A stretch of 46,949 nt of DNA from Thermoplasmatota archaeon (GTDB taxonomy: Archaea; Thermoplasmatota; Penumbrarchaeia; Penumbrarchaeales; Penumbrarchaeaceae). How positions within the stretch are numbered: position 1 is the first letter of the stretch; every line of letters starts with the position of its first letter. The stretch spans positions 1-46,949 of the forward strand of contig JBLIRK010000024.1 in the NCBI GenBank assembly GCA_048569615.1, given 5' to 3'. The position numbers were made by a program, and so were the translations under genes. The notes beneath the pieces are model-generated. The model searched no databases, was not told where the DNA came from, and saw nothing but the letters and a program-made list of their open reading frames with translations. This document shows positions 9,092-17,798 of this stretch, one piece after another.

Positions 9092-9985
9092 TCAGTTATA
9101 AAATGAATTGGTAGGATTATAGAGATCCAGCGGCCTGTTCTGTCTGGACTGCTCCTCCTTGATCCTTTTCGAACATTCCAACAGGGCGCCCAGAATTGCG
9201 GCCAGTGCCAGCAAATGGACACTCCCCAGGAGAAGCTGGGAGGCCCAGGCATTGAAGGTTCTCTTCTGCTGGACCTCGTCCATTTCCTCGGGATCATATT
9301 CCTCTTCGCGTTCGATATCCTCGATCAAGGAATCTATGTTCTGAACCTGGACGATTACCATGACGGCCAGCCCGACGATCACCATGAATCCGAACACTCC
9401 GGCGATCACCTTGCCCCAGGTCGGGGTTATTTTCAGGGCCGGAAGCACCAGACCCACAGCCATCATGAGATAGGGGACCACCAGTATGTAGATGTAAGGT
9501 TTCAGGCCCTCCATCATGTCCGCGAAATTCGCCCCGCTTGTTGTTTCGTCCAGAACCCCCGCAAAGGACATAAAGATCACCGAGATCATCATGATCACGA
9601 CGAATATTCTTATCAGGATGGCTATTCCGACCAAAACCAAGGATCCGATAGACAGCAACTTCTGGGATGAGCCGTAGGGCCTCGATCCCATAAGCAGGAA
9701 CACTATCGCCGTGATTCCGAGCCCCAGTGCGGCAAGGTTCATGAGCAGAGGGATGCAGCTAACTATGCTTCCCAGGATGCCCAGGGTGTAGGCACCGCCG
9801 GCAGATAGCAGGAAGATCAGCCCCAACCGGGTCTTTTTAAGGTCCCTGACATTCCGTGATCCGAGATCCCTTACGGCATTGTACAATCTGTTCTCCCCCC
9901 GCGGTGATGAGATCCCCCGCAGGGAGATAACACCCGAATGTCCTTTATAATTTTCCGGACAGGCAATTCGAAGTCCCCGGGGCAA
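9092..9985 (-). CDS. Polytopic membrane protein of unknown function, with about 7 TM helices and an acidic C-terminal tail
   Basis: There are several 20-25-aa hydrophobic segments, for example IFLLMGSRPYGSSQKLLSIGSLVLVGIAILIRIFVVIMMISVIF. The annotated start is a TTG and lies too close to the TATA element, so the true start is probably an internal TTG or GTG around 9826 (RLGLIFLL). Confidence 0.5.
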   Translation of the reverse strand: MPRGLRIACPENYKGHSGVISLRGISSPRGENRLYNAVRDLGSRNVRDLKKTRLGLIFLLSAGGAYTLGILGSIVSCIPLLMNLAALGLGITAIVFLLMGSRPYGSSQKLLSIGSLVLVGIAILIRIFVVIMMISVIFMSFAGVLDETTSGANFADMMEGLKPYIYILVVPYLMMAVGLVLPALKITPTWGKVIAGVFGFMVIVGLAVMVIVQVQNIDSLIEDIEREEEYDPEEMDEVQQKRTFNAWASQLLLGSVHLLALAAILGALLECSKRIKEEQSRQNRPLDLYNPTNSFYN

Positions 9986-10081
9986 AGGGAATTTTTATAC
10001 ATAAAATAGAATATGACCATATATTCCATTATGGGAATTCATTACTAGACCCGGACAAAAGAAAATTTGGGGGAGCGCCAT
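9986..10081. promoter_or_regulatory. Divergent promoter region with TATA-like elements
   Basis: The AT-rich sequence tttttatacataaaatagaatat lies between the divergently oriented genes at 9985 (minus) and 10082 (plus). Confidence 0.35.
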
Positions 10082-11302
10082 ATGAAGAAAAGAAGGGGAA
10101 AACAACCGGTGAAGCCGGACCTTGACGAAGCCATGAAGGAGCGCCTGATCTACCTGAAGGGGCTCCAGGGGTCCACAATGAACATACCGATAATCTACAG
10201 GAGGACCTTCGATTGGGAGAGCGATTCCGTGATCTTCAAGCCAATTAACCAGAGGTCCTTCGTGGTCTTCAGGTCGGACCTCGACGACGAGGAGATAGAT
10301 CCCGATGGATACCAGAGGATCACTCTGGATGTGAGGAAACTGCCCAGGTACTGCGCCGAGAGGGGAAAGGAGAACGCCGGCAAGAACTCCAAACTGGAGG
10401 AGCTCAGGGAAGCCCTCATTTCATCCTCACTGCGGGACCGCTACATCCACATAGACGTGCTCAAAATGGACGATCACCGGATCGACGAGCTTCTGAGGGA
10501 GGACCTGGAAATGCTCTCCTCGGAGCTGGGCTACTCGTATTCGATTACCAAGGACGCTTACCGGTGCACATTCATATTTCCGAAGCACTCCAATTCACAG
10601 ATGGTCACCAGGGCCAGAAACGTCCTGAAAGGATCTATAGACGCTGTCCTGGACCTCAACGAGGAGATAATGGAACTGGACATGAAAGGGATGGGAGAAA
10701 GGCTCGTGGACCTCAGTTATGCCATAGAAAGGGCGGAGGTCAACATCGACCAGATATACACGGATGCCCTCAACGTGCACTGGGACATGCCGCAGACGGA
10801 GCCTGTGGGATTCTTCCTTCTGACCCAGTCCTGCGAGAGGGTCCACGACGAGATAGAGTACATCGTGAACGCATCCAAAGAGGCTTTGAAACTGCTGGGA
10901 TCGTGCCAGAGCGATGCTTCTGCGGTCCTCTTCGAGGAGCTCGTTTCACTCTGGAGGTCCTCCGTGGGATGGGCCCTGCAGAAGCTCTCCTATGCATTGA
11001 ATTCGATAGACGTGGACAAGGACGAGGCCATCAATGAATGCCTTCTCATGATAAGGGAGCACAGGGAGCAGAAGGAGAGCAGGAGCTCCTATTCAGACAA
11101 GGTCATCGTTCAGCTCACCCAGAAGATCGAGGGGCTGGCCCAGAGAGGCGCCAAGAAGGGGGGATTGAAGTTCCTGGCGGACGTCGAATGCCTCGCCGCC
11201 ATAGAGATCCTCTTCGGGATCAACCAGTCCGCATCAAGGATCGGCGGCATAACAAATATCATAGCAACCAAGACCCTTTACCTCAAGCAAACAGCCGATT
11301 GA
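10082..11302 (+). CDS. Hypothetical cytoplasmic protein with no recognised domain
   Basis: The ORF is 406 aa from the ATG at 10082 (the track's TTG at 10067 is rejected), preceded by GGGGAG. Codon usage matches the neighbouring genes. Confidence 0.6.
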   Translation: MKKRRGKQPVKPDLDEAMKERLIYLKGLQGSTMNIPIIYRRTFDWESDSVIFKPINQRSFVVFRSDLDDEEIDPDGYQRITLDVRKLPRYCAERGKENAGKNSKLEELREALISSSLRDRYIHIDVLKMDDHRIDELLREDLEMLSSELGYSYSITKDAYRCTFIFPKHSNSQMVTRARNVLKGSIDAVLDLNEEIMELDMKGMGERLVDLSYAIERAEVNIDQIYTDALNVHWDMPQTEPVGFFLLTQSCERVHDEIEYIVNASKEALKLLGSCQSDASAVLFEELVSLWRSSVGWALQKLSYALNSIDVDKDEAINECLLMIREHREQKESRSSYSDKVIVQLTQKIEGLAQRGAKKGGLKFLADVECLAAIEILFGINQSASRIGGITNIIATKTLYLKQTAD

Positions 11303-11400
11303 TCGGTTTTTAATTTTTAAGTGAATTTATATTTATTTTATTTATATTAATTTTAAAAATATTCTTAAATATCCATTCCCTTTTGTTTGGTAGAAGAAAA
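11303..11400. promoter_or_regulatory. AT-rich block with multiple TATA-like elements
   Basis: tttttaatttttaagtgaatttatatttattttatttatattaattttaaaaatatt is about 15% GC within an otherwise roughly 58% GC window. Confidence 0.3.
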
Positions 11401-11664
11401 CGGGGGTGAAGGAGATGGTCCATACATCCATGAGAACGATCATGCCCGAATACCTTAGTCCACCCTTGCCGCCCGGGTCAAAGGGCGGTTTAGTCTGATC
11501 CTATGGCTTCTGCCAGTAGGAAAGGCGGGCCTTGGCCCCAATGCCCGCCAGGGGGATAGAGAGGAGAGAGAACAAAGGCGGGGGGTAATGAGCCCGCTCC
11601 CCGCCGAAACCTCCTTTTCCACAATTCTTTTGAACCAGGTAAGGGTTTGCCCTCCGGGGAGCAA

Positions 11665-12771
11665 ATGTCCAGCAAGGTTTACTTCGCAGATCTTCATGCC
11701 AGGAAGGAATCCGACAACAGGACCAACAAGATCAAGAGGCTCTTCGACGCAGCGGGATTCGGTGAATTCCTGTCGGAGAAGGACCTCACCGCCGTCAAGA
11801 TCCATTTCGGGGAGCGCGGTGGGGACGCCTTCATAAATCCGATCTACGTCAGGGCGGTCGTGGATAAGATTAAGGAGAACGGCGGCAAGCCCTTCGTCAC
11901 GGATACAAATACATTGTACCGGGGCAAGAGGCACAATTCCGTGGACCATATCGAGACCGCCATCCTCCATGGATTCGATTTCTCGGTGGTCGGCGCCCCC
12001 GTAATCATCGCCGACGGATTGAAGGGAAGGAATGTTAGATGGGTTGTCATCAACGCCAAGCATTTCGAGAAGGTCAGAATAGCTGCGGACATCCACACGG
12101 CGGATGCCATGATAGTGATGACCCATTTCAAGGGGCACGAGATGGCAGGATTCGGGGGAGCCATCAAGAACCTTGCCATGGGCGGGGGCTCCGCCTACGG
12201 GAAGATGGACCAGCATTCGGTCAGACCGAAGGTCGATAAGGAGAAATGCATAGGCTGTGGTACTTGCATAGAGATCTGCCCCGTAGACGCCCACGTTCTT
12301 GAAGGATGCAAGGTCTCCATACGGAAAGAGATCTGCATCGGATGCGGTGAATGCATCACGGTATGTCCGCAGGATGCGATCTACACCTCCTGGGAGGCCG
12401 AGATCTCCGAATTCCTGGAGAGGATGACAGAGTACGCCTACGGGACATCAAGCACGAAGAGGGGAAAGATCGGCTACATCAATTTCCTGACAAGGATATC
12501 GCCCGATTGCGACTGCTTCCCTTGGAGCGACCACCCCATCGTCCCGGACATAGGGATACTTTCCTCCACCGACCCGGTGGCCCTCGACAGGGCCTGCTAC
12601 GATCTTGTGAACCAGCAGCCCGGATACGAAGGGACGAAGCTGAAAGGCGGTTTCAAACCCGGCGAGGACAAGTTCAGGGGAATGAGGCCGGAGGTGGATG
12701 CTCAAATACAGTTCAGGTACGGAGAGAAGCTGGGGCTGGGCTCTCAGGATTACGAACTGATAAGGATCTGA
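11665..12771 (+). CDS. DUF362-domain protein with two 4Fe-4S ferredoxin-type cluster motifs
   Basis: KVYFADLHARK is the typical DUF362 N-terminus. CIGCGTCIEICP and CIGCGECITVCP are two CxxCxxCxxxCP motifs. The start is the ATG at 11665 after GGGGAG (the track's TTG at 11647 is rejected). Confidence 0.75.
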   Translation: MSSKVYFADLHARKESDNRTNKIKRLFDAAGFGEFLSEKDLTAVKIHFGERGGDAFINPIYVRAVVDKIKENGGKPFVTDTNTLYRGKRHNSVDHIETAILHGFDFSVVGAPVIIADGLKGRNVRWVVINAKHFEKVRIAADIHTADAMIVMTHFKGHEMAGFGGAIKNLAMGGGSAYGKMDQHSVRPKVDKEKCIGCGTCIEICPVDAHVLEGCKVSIRKEICIGCGECITVCPQDAIYTSWEAEISEFLERMTEYAYGTSSTKRGKIGYINFLTRISPDCDCFPWSDHPIVPDIGILSSTDPVALDRACYDLVNQQPGYEGTKLKGGFKPGEDKFRGMRPEVDAQIQFRYGEKLGLGSQDYELIRI

Positions 12772-12773
12772 TC

Positions 12774-13715
12774 TCAGATCGCCCCTATGAGCTCCAATAT
12801 CATCTGTATAATCCTCTCGAACCATGTCAATGGTGTCTTCTCCACCATTTCTATATTGTATTCAAGGAGCTCACCCTCTACTATCGTTATATCATCCTCA
12901 TAGGGATGGTGATCAGCTGCGGTAGCTCTCAATTCATACTCCCCTGGAGGAGCTTGTATATTGTAATAACCCTCCCAATCCGTCTCATCGAAGTAAGAGC
13001 TTTGATCAGTGGATATCTGAACATGACCATACAATCCCCAGCCGTCCTCTCCTGTCAATTGTCCAAAGACTCCTGTTTGCATGGGAACCAGGGTGATATT
13101 GTGCTCGACCGAATCACCCTTAATGAGTTTGAACCATTCACTGAAGTAATCCTCATACCCATTCGCTTCAGCTATGACTCTGAAGGTCCCCTCCGAGCAG
13201 GCTATTTTATAATAGATATACCCTCCCCCTCCCGTTCCCCATTGGGTATAATAGTGTTGACCTGGATCATCGGGATGGGTTTCTAGTCCAATGTAAAGCG
13301 AATCGTACTCCGGAACGGAACCATTTTCAGTGAAAACATATCCATAAATTTGGCAAGGGATCTCCTCCATTTCAAAATCATGTGTTACAATAGTACCCCT
13401 TGGTACGAAAAACTCATTATAATAGGTGAAATAATTTTCTTTATATGCCCATAACGATAATTGTCCATAGAATTCCAATTCAACCTCATAATATCCGGTC
13501 TCATTCGTTTCTGTCGAAATGTAATTGAGATACATATCATCCCAGATGTCGATCATCACTTCATCTAATGGTTCACCAGTGTCCATGTCATATACATGAC
13601 CCTTTAAGGTGGCTCCGATCGAATCCTGTCCGATGCTGCTAGGTGTGTATAACATATTCAGCCCGAAAACAAGCATTACCGCTAATGTCAGAACTATGGA
13701 TTTTCTCATTTCCAT
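12774..13715 (-). CDS. Secreted protein with carboxypeptidase-regulatory-like (CarbopepD_reg) beta-sandwich repeats
   Basis: It has a signal peptide (MEMRKSIVLTLAVMLVFGL). Motifs include GHVYDMDTGEPLDEVMIDI, IYGYVFTENGS and GEYELRATAADHHPYEDDITI. The 5' half of the gene is only about 33% GC. Confidence 0.6.
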   Translation of the reverse strand: MEMRKSIVLTLAVMLVFGLNMLYTPSSIGQDSIGATLKGHVYDMDTGEPLDEVMIDIWDDMYLNYISTETNETGYYEVELEFYGQLSLWAYKENYFTYYNEFFVPRGTIVTHDFEMEEIPCQIYGYVFTENGSVPEYDSLYIGLETHPDDPGQHYYTQWGTGGGGYIYYKIACSEGTFRVIAEANGYEDYFSEWFKLIKGDSVEHNITLVPMQTGVFGQLTGEDGWGLYGHVQISTDQSSYFDETDWEGYYNIQAPPGEYELRATAADHHPYEDDITIVEGELLEYNIEMVEKTPLTWFERIIQMILELIGAI

Positions 13716-13760
13716 ACCCCTTAATAAATAGCTTAAATTGAATTTAAGTTTATTGATGGT

Positions 13761-14735
13761 TCATGATTTTAACAGCAGCTCCGTGAGCAGCTCCAGGTCA
13801 TCCCTCTGCCGGTCTATCATGTCCTGTGCTTCTATCTTCAGATTGTGGAGGTTCCTCTCAGAGGGATCGTCCATGTCGTCATTTCCGGAATCCAGCCTCG
13901 TCTGGAACCTGAAGTACCTCCTCCCCCTCCCGGGGAGCTGCAGCAGCGATTTAAGCTGGTAATCGACCGTGTCGCTCTGCCCATCGAACATGACGTTCAA
14001 AAGGGGATGCGCCCATTGCGCCAGCCCCCAGTTCTTTGCATCCTTGTATTCTATCCTTCTCGTCAACTCCCCGGTTCCCAATGAGACCATGAGTATGTCC
14101 TTGTCCGGGAACAAGGTCCGGGCCTCGACATAGGCGCACATACCCGGATTGTTGGCATACACGCCTCCGTCGACCAGGGCCCAGTAATCAAGACCCTCCT
14201 GTTCCTGCAGAGGCTCGGGCTCGAAGTACGTGGGAGCCGCCGTCGCCGCCCTGGCAACATTCCTCATGGAATAATCGTAGTCCTTGCTGTACTTGGCCCT
14301 CTCGCTCCTGAAGAACCAGGCGCAGCGGGATTCTATTTCGTATGCGGGGATCAGGACCGGCTTTATCGCTTCCTTGAGCCTCGCCTCGCCGAAGTACCTA
14401 TCGAGAACATCATTTATCCCTTTGGTTCCGTACTTCTCGTCAAGGAGGGACCATGCGGATTCGAACCTCCTCCAGACCGAACGGTGAAAGATGTTCTTTC
14501 CCTCCTTCTCGTAGAGTTCCAGGATGTCCTCGGCCCTGTACTGGGGCCTTCCCTTTTCATCCGGCTTCGTGAGGCCCAGGGCTATCAGGCCTCCCGTGGA
14601 GGTGCCCGCTATGAGGTCGAAGAGGACGCTGACGGGCTCCCCTGTTATCTCCTCGATATCCTTGAGGACCTTGCAAGGGATCACTCCCCGGATGCCTCCC
14701 CCGTCTATGGATAAAACTTTCACTAGTTCTGACAT
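13761..14735 (-). CDS. Patatin-like phospholipase
   Basis: The oxyanion motif is SIDGGGIRG. The GxSxG nucleophile is AGTSTGG. The catalytic Asp lies in ALVDGGVYANNP. There is no signal peptide. The gene has its own TATA-like element (cattaaatatttt) upstream. Confidence 0.85.
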   Translation of the reverse strand: MSELVKVLSIDGGGIRGVIPCKVLKDIEEITGEPVSVLFDLIAGTSTGGLIALGLTKPDEKGRPQYRAEDILELYEKEGKNIFHRSVWRRFESAWSLLDEKYGTKGINDVLDRYFGEARLKEAIKPVLIPAYEIESRCAWFFRSERAKYSKDYDYSMRNVARAATAAPTYFEPEPLQEQEGLDYWALVDGGVYANNPGMCAYVEARTLFPDKDILMVSLGTGELTRRIEYKDAKNWGLAQWAHPLLNVMFDGQSDTVDYQLKSLLQLPGRGRRYFRFQTRLDSGNDDMDDPSERNLHNLKIEAQDMIDRQRDDLELLTELLLKS

Positions 14736-14794
14736 TTTGAACCCCGGCTCAAATTGGCGGGGAAAATATTTAATGATTTACGAAAAGGTGTGTT

Positions 14795-15103
14795 TCATCT
14801 GTATTTGGAGTACCTGTCCAACAGCCTCCTCAATCTGTCCGAAAGGTCCCGTGATATGTCTCCCCTCTCCTCCACTTCGCTGATATAGTCCTTGGCCTCC
14901 TTTATGGACCTCTGCCGGGCCCTGGCTGTCAGTGTCGCCATGAACGACGGTCTCTTGTTATCGTCCATGTCGGAGGAGTCCATGATCTCCTTGAGGTCGT
15001 AATTGAAATAGTCCAGCTTCCCGAGATTCAGCATGGCCTTGGGTTTGGTCCTGCTGTACATCTTGTTCCTGCTCTGCCCTTTGCTGTCGGTATTTCTGGC
15101 CAA
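14795..15103 (-). CDS. Small basic hypothetical protein (88-102 aa) immediately upstream of the patatin gene
   Basis: The ORF ends ...RLRRLLDRYSKYR. The annotated start is a TTG at 15103; an in-frame ATG lies at 15061. It lies 60 nt from the patatin start on the same strand. Confidence 0.45.
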   Translation of the reverse strand: MARNTDSKGQSRNKMYSRTKPKAMLNLGKLDYFNYDLKEIMDSSDMDDNKRPSFMATLTARARQRSIKEAKDYISEVEERGDISRDLSDRLRRLLDRYSKYR

Positions 15104-15211
15104 GGAAATAGCTCCATCGAATTATCCGGGGTATTTTACTTAAAACTTTTCTGGAATTACCCATGTTGGGCTCAGAAGAATAGAAATACGCCACAGATCA
15201 AATACCTACCC

Positions 15212-15496
15212 ATGGAGCTCAGGAAATGCGCGGACCCGGAAAAGGCCTGCTGGACCGTCTCGGGCAGCATGGACGACGATTCCTTCATGGCCCTGGAGTC
15301 GATCCTGATGAACTCCCAGGACAGCGATATGGACATAATGATCGATGTCTCGGGGCTGAAGGGGATGACTAATACCAGCGCCAGCGGCTTCAGGCAGATG
15401 GCCCAAAAGATGGAAATGAGCGGGAGACACCTGAGCATCGTCGGTGCAACCGGGCAGTTGGAGCAGTTTCTCAGGGCCATCGGCCTGCTGGAATGA
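15212..15496 (+). CDS. STAS-domain protein (SpoIIAA-like anti-sigma-factor antagonist fold)
   Basis: The 94-aa ORF has the pattern ...SFMALESILMNSQDSDMDIMIDVSGLKGMTNTSASGF...LSIVGATGQLEQFLRAIGL, typical of STAS. Confidence 0.6.
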   Translation: MELRKCADPEKACWTVSGSMDDDSFMALESILMNSQDSDMDIMIDVSGLKGMTNTSASGFRQMAQKMEMSGRHLSIVGATGQLEQFLRAIGLLE

Positions 15497-15585
15497 ACGA
15501 CCTTGCTTCAATACCAGCACCTTATATAGTCCGGACGATTTGGTTCAAGAACGCCCTTATATCGAATTTTTTAATATTCATTGAC

Positions 15586-16512
15586 ATGAGAAGAGGAGCA
15601 TATTTGTCATCGATCTTCTTACTAATGGTTGCTTGCTTCCCTCTGTTGATGTCGGATAGCTCCGATGCAGTTGGATACGTCCCTGACCCTCAATATACTA
15701 TTCAAATTGCGGAAGCAAAGCAAAGTGCTTCTATAGACAAGGAGAACGGGGCCAATCTAACCTATCGTGGAACTGTGTTCGTTTGCATGCCCTGGAGACC
15801 GGAGATGAATTATATTGTCGTCAACCTGACCGTCGATTCGGGAGGATTCAAGGCAACAGAAGTCGATCAGATGACCTTTACCCGGGCCCAGAGGCAGATG
15901 TCCTTCAATTTTACCGTGCATGTCCCCGCAGGGACCCAGGCCGAAAAACATATGCTAAGAGTTGGTGGAGAATGGTCAACCATTCCGCCCATGGAGAGCG
16001 GTAAAATGATCCCATCGGCGAGCTTGTTGGAGGTCCTACCATATTCCGATGTGAAAATAAAAGATGAAGAGACAAAAAACCACATAGTCAAAGCCGGCAG
16101 CTCTGTTGATATCGGAGTTTGCATCATGAACAACGGTAATTTCAAGGATGAGATATCATGGGAAATGGAACCGGGGAGCCAAAATGAACTGAGAGGAAGA
16201 GGGTGGGTGGTGATTTGGAACAGCACAAGCTCCTGGGTTGACGGATTCTCGGAGATCTCCCCGGTACTTAAACTTTCGATACCGGGCGATGAGGAGCCTG
16301 GCATCTATACGTTCGAGATAAAAGCTTTATACACCTCCAAATTGATTCCATCCAACGAAAGCAGGAATTCCACCTTGATTAGTCTGGAAGTGCTGCAGAA
16401 TCTGCAGGATGAGCTTGAAGGATTGGCAGTATTTTCATCCATTCTACTGGTAATCTGGGTCTGTGTGGTGACCGCTCTTATGGCGAGGCTGAAAAGAAAA
16501 AACCAGGGTTGA
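15586..16512 (+). CDS. Secreted protein with a C-terminal membrane anchor and no recognised domain
   Basis: MRRGAYLSSIFLLMVACFPLL is a classical signal peptide. The C-terminal TM (LAVFSSILLVIWVCVVTALMA) is followed by RLKRKNQG. The gene is about 42-45% GC. The track's start at 15493 would overlap the STAS stop and encode a non-signal-like 30 aa. Confidence 0.55.
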   Translation: MRRGAYLSSIFLLMVACFPLLMSDSSDAVGYVPDPQYTIQIAEAKQSASIDKENGANLTYRGTVFVCMPWRPEMNYIVVNLTVDSGGFKATEVDQMTFTRAQRQMSFNFTVHVPAGTQAEKHMLRVGGEWSTIPPMESGKMIPSASLLEVLPYSDVKIKDEETKNHIVKAGSSVDIGVCIMNNGNFKDEISWEMEPGSQNELRGRGWVVIWNSTSSWVDGFSEISPVLKLSIPGDEEPGIYTFEIKALYTSKLIPSNESRNSTLISLEVLQNLQDELEGLAVFSSILLVIWVCVVTALMARLKRKNQG

Positions 16513-16514
16513 GA

Positions 16515-17798
16515 TCAGAGACCAAGCTTTTCTCCCATCCCTTCGGAGAGCTCGATATACTTCTCCCTCCAATCCGTCCCGTCCTTCAGCTTCCCATCGT
16601 TGTACAATATCTCACCTGCTACGATGGTTTTACTGACAAGATGACCTACTGCCGAATAGACGAGGGCGGATGAGAGATTGTCCCTCCTCAGCGGCATCAT
16701 CGTCGGATCGATATCGACAACGGCAATGTCGGCGTTCATTCCCTCTTTGAGCATTCCGCCGTTGAGCCCCAGTATCCTGTTCCCATTGATGGTGGAGCAG
16801 ATGAGAGCGTCATCGGAGGTCGCCGCCATCGGGTCCCAGTACTGGCCCTTCTGAAGGAGGGCCATTGCCTTCATCTCCCTGAACATGTCCAGGGAGTTGT
16901 TGGAGGCCGCGCCGTCAGTACCCAATCCCACCGTCACTCCCATCTCTTTCAGGTCCTTGTAGGGAAAGAATCCTCCCGTCGCAAGCTTCTGATTGGAATT
17001 GGGATTGTGAACCACGGCCGCCCCCCTCTCCTTCACCCTCCGGAACTCCCAGGATGCCGCCCAACCCATGTGGGCGAGCACCGTTCTTTCCCAGACCACG
17101 CCGTGGGCGTCGAGCTCCTCCAGGGCGAGCCTCCCCTTGTCCCTCCTGTTGTCGAAGACCTCCTTTCTCGTCTCGGAGCAATGGACGTTCAGGATGACGT
17201 CCTTCTCCCTTGAGAGCTCCCCCGCCCTTCTCATGGCATCCTCGTCGTTGGTATAGATGGCATGGAGGTTCACAACGGGAATGATCCTATCATGTCCTTT
17301 GTAGCGGTCTATGAACTCCCTGCCCTTGGCAAGCCTCTCGTCGGTGCTGCCGAAGACCGAGATCAGGGGGGTGCCCCCTCCCAACCTTATCCCGATCTCC
17401 TCCGCGGCCTCTGCGGAATCGAAATCGCTGTACATGTCCAGGCATGCGGTGGTCCCGGTCCTGAGCATCTCGATGAATCCTAGCATCGCTCCTTTCCTCT
17501 GGAGCTCCGGGGTGAGCTTCGCTTCCACCGCCCACATGGATTCCAGCCATTCCTGTAAAGGTGCATCATCGTTCAAACCCCGGAGCATCACCATGGCGGC
17601 GTGGGTGTGGGAATTAATCAGACCGGGCATGACAACCGAATCGGAGCAGTCCATGACCTCGTCCCCCCTCTCCTTATCAATGTCCCCCACACCGACGATC
17701 CTTCCATCCTCCACCCTCACGCTTGCATTCTCCAGGACCTTCATATCATCCATGGTCAGAACGAACCTCGCATCCTTCAAGAGAATTGGCTCTGTCAT
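16515..17798 (-). CDS. Amidohydrolase of the MTA/SAH-deaminase (MtaD/DadD, TRZ/ATZ) family
   Basis: The real start is the internal ATG at 17798 (MTEPILLKDARFVLTMDD...), which overlaps the upstream stop as ATGA. The metal-binding motif is PGLINSHTHAAM and the C-terminus matches this family. The upstream R/G-rich extension in the track ORF is artefactual. Confidence 0.8.
   Translation of the reverse strand: MTEPILLKDARFVLTMDDMKVLENASVRVEDGRIVGVGDIDKERGDEVMDCSDSVVMPGLINSHTHAAMVMLRGLNDDAPLQEWLESMWAVEAKLTPELQRKGAMLGFIEMLRTGTTACLDMYSDFDSAEAAEEIGIRLGGGTPLISVFGSTDERLAKGREFIDRYKGHDRIIPVVNLHAIYTNDEDAMRRAGELSREKDVILNVHCSETRKEVFDNRRDKGRLALEELDAHGVVWERTVLAHMGWAASWEFRRVKERGAAVVHNPNSNQKLATGGFFPYKDLKEMGVTVGLGTDGAASNNSLDMFREMKAMALLQKGQYWDPMAATSDDALICSTINGNRILGLNGGMLKEGMNADIAVVDIDPTMMPLRRDNLSSALVYSAVGHLVSKTIVAGEILYNDGKLKDGTDWREKYIELSEGMGEKLGL

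Noticed and set aside
11381-11646. SRP RNA or RNase P RNA identity for the structured intergenic region
   Set aside because: The length and GC are compatible with SRP RNA. I could not find the conserved helix-8 motifs (GNAR tetraloop flanked by AGGA/AGCA asymmetric loop) or RNase P P4 sequences, so no specific RNA family is called.
11455-12294. 279-aa minus-strand ORF
   Set aside because: It is antisense to the DUF362/ferredoxin gene, whose Cys motifs and N-terminal signature are unambiguous on the plus strand. Its 5' part would cover the structured intergenic region.
12351-13286. 311-aa plus-strand ORF spanning two genes
   Set aside because: It starts out of frame inside the DUF362 gene and runs antisense through the convergent secreted-protein gene. 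The product is junk-like.
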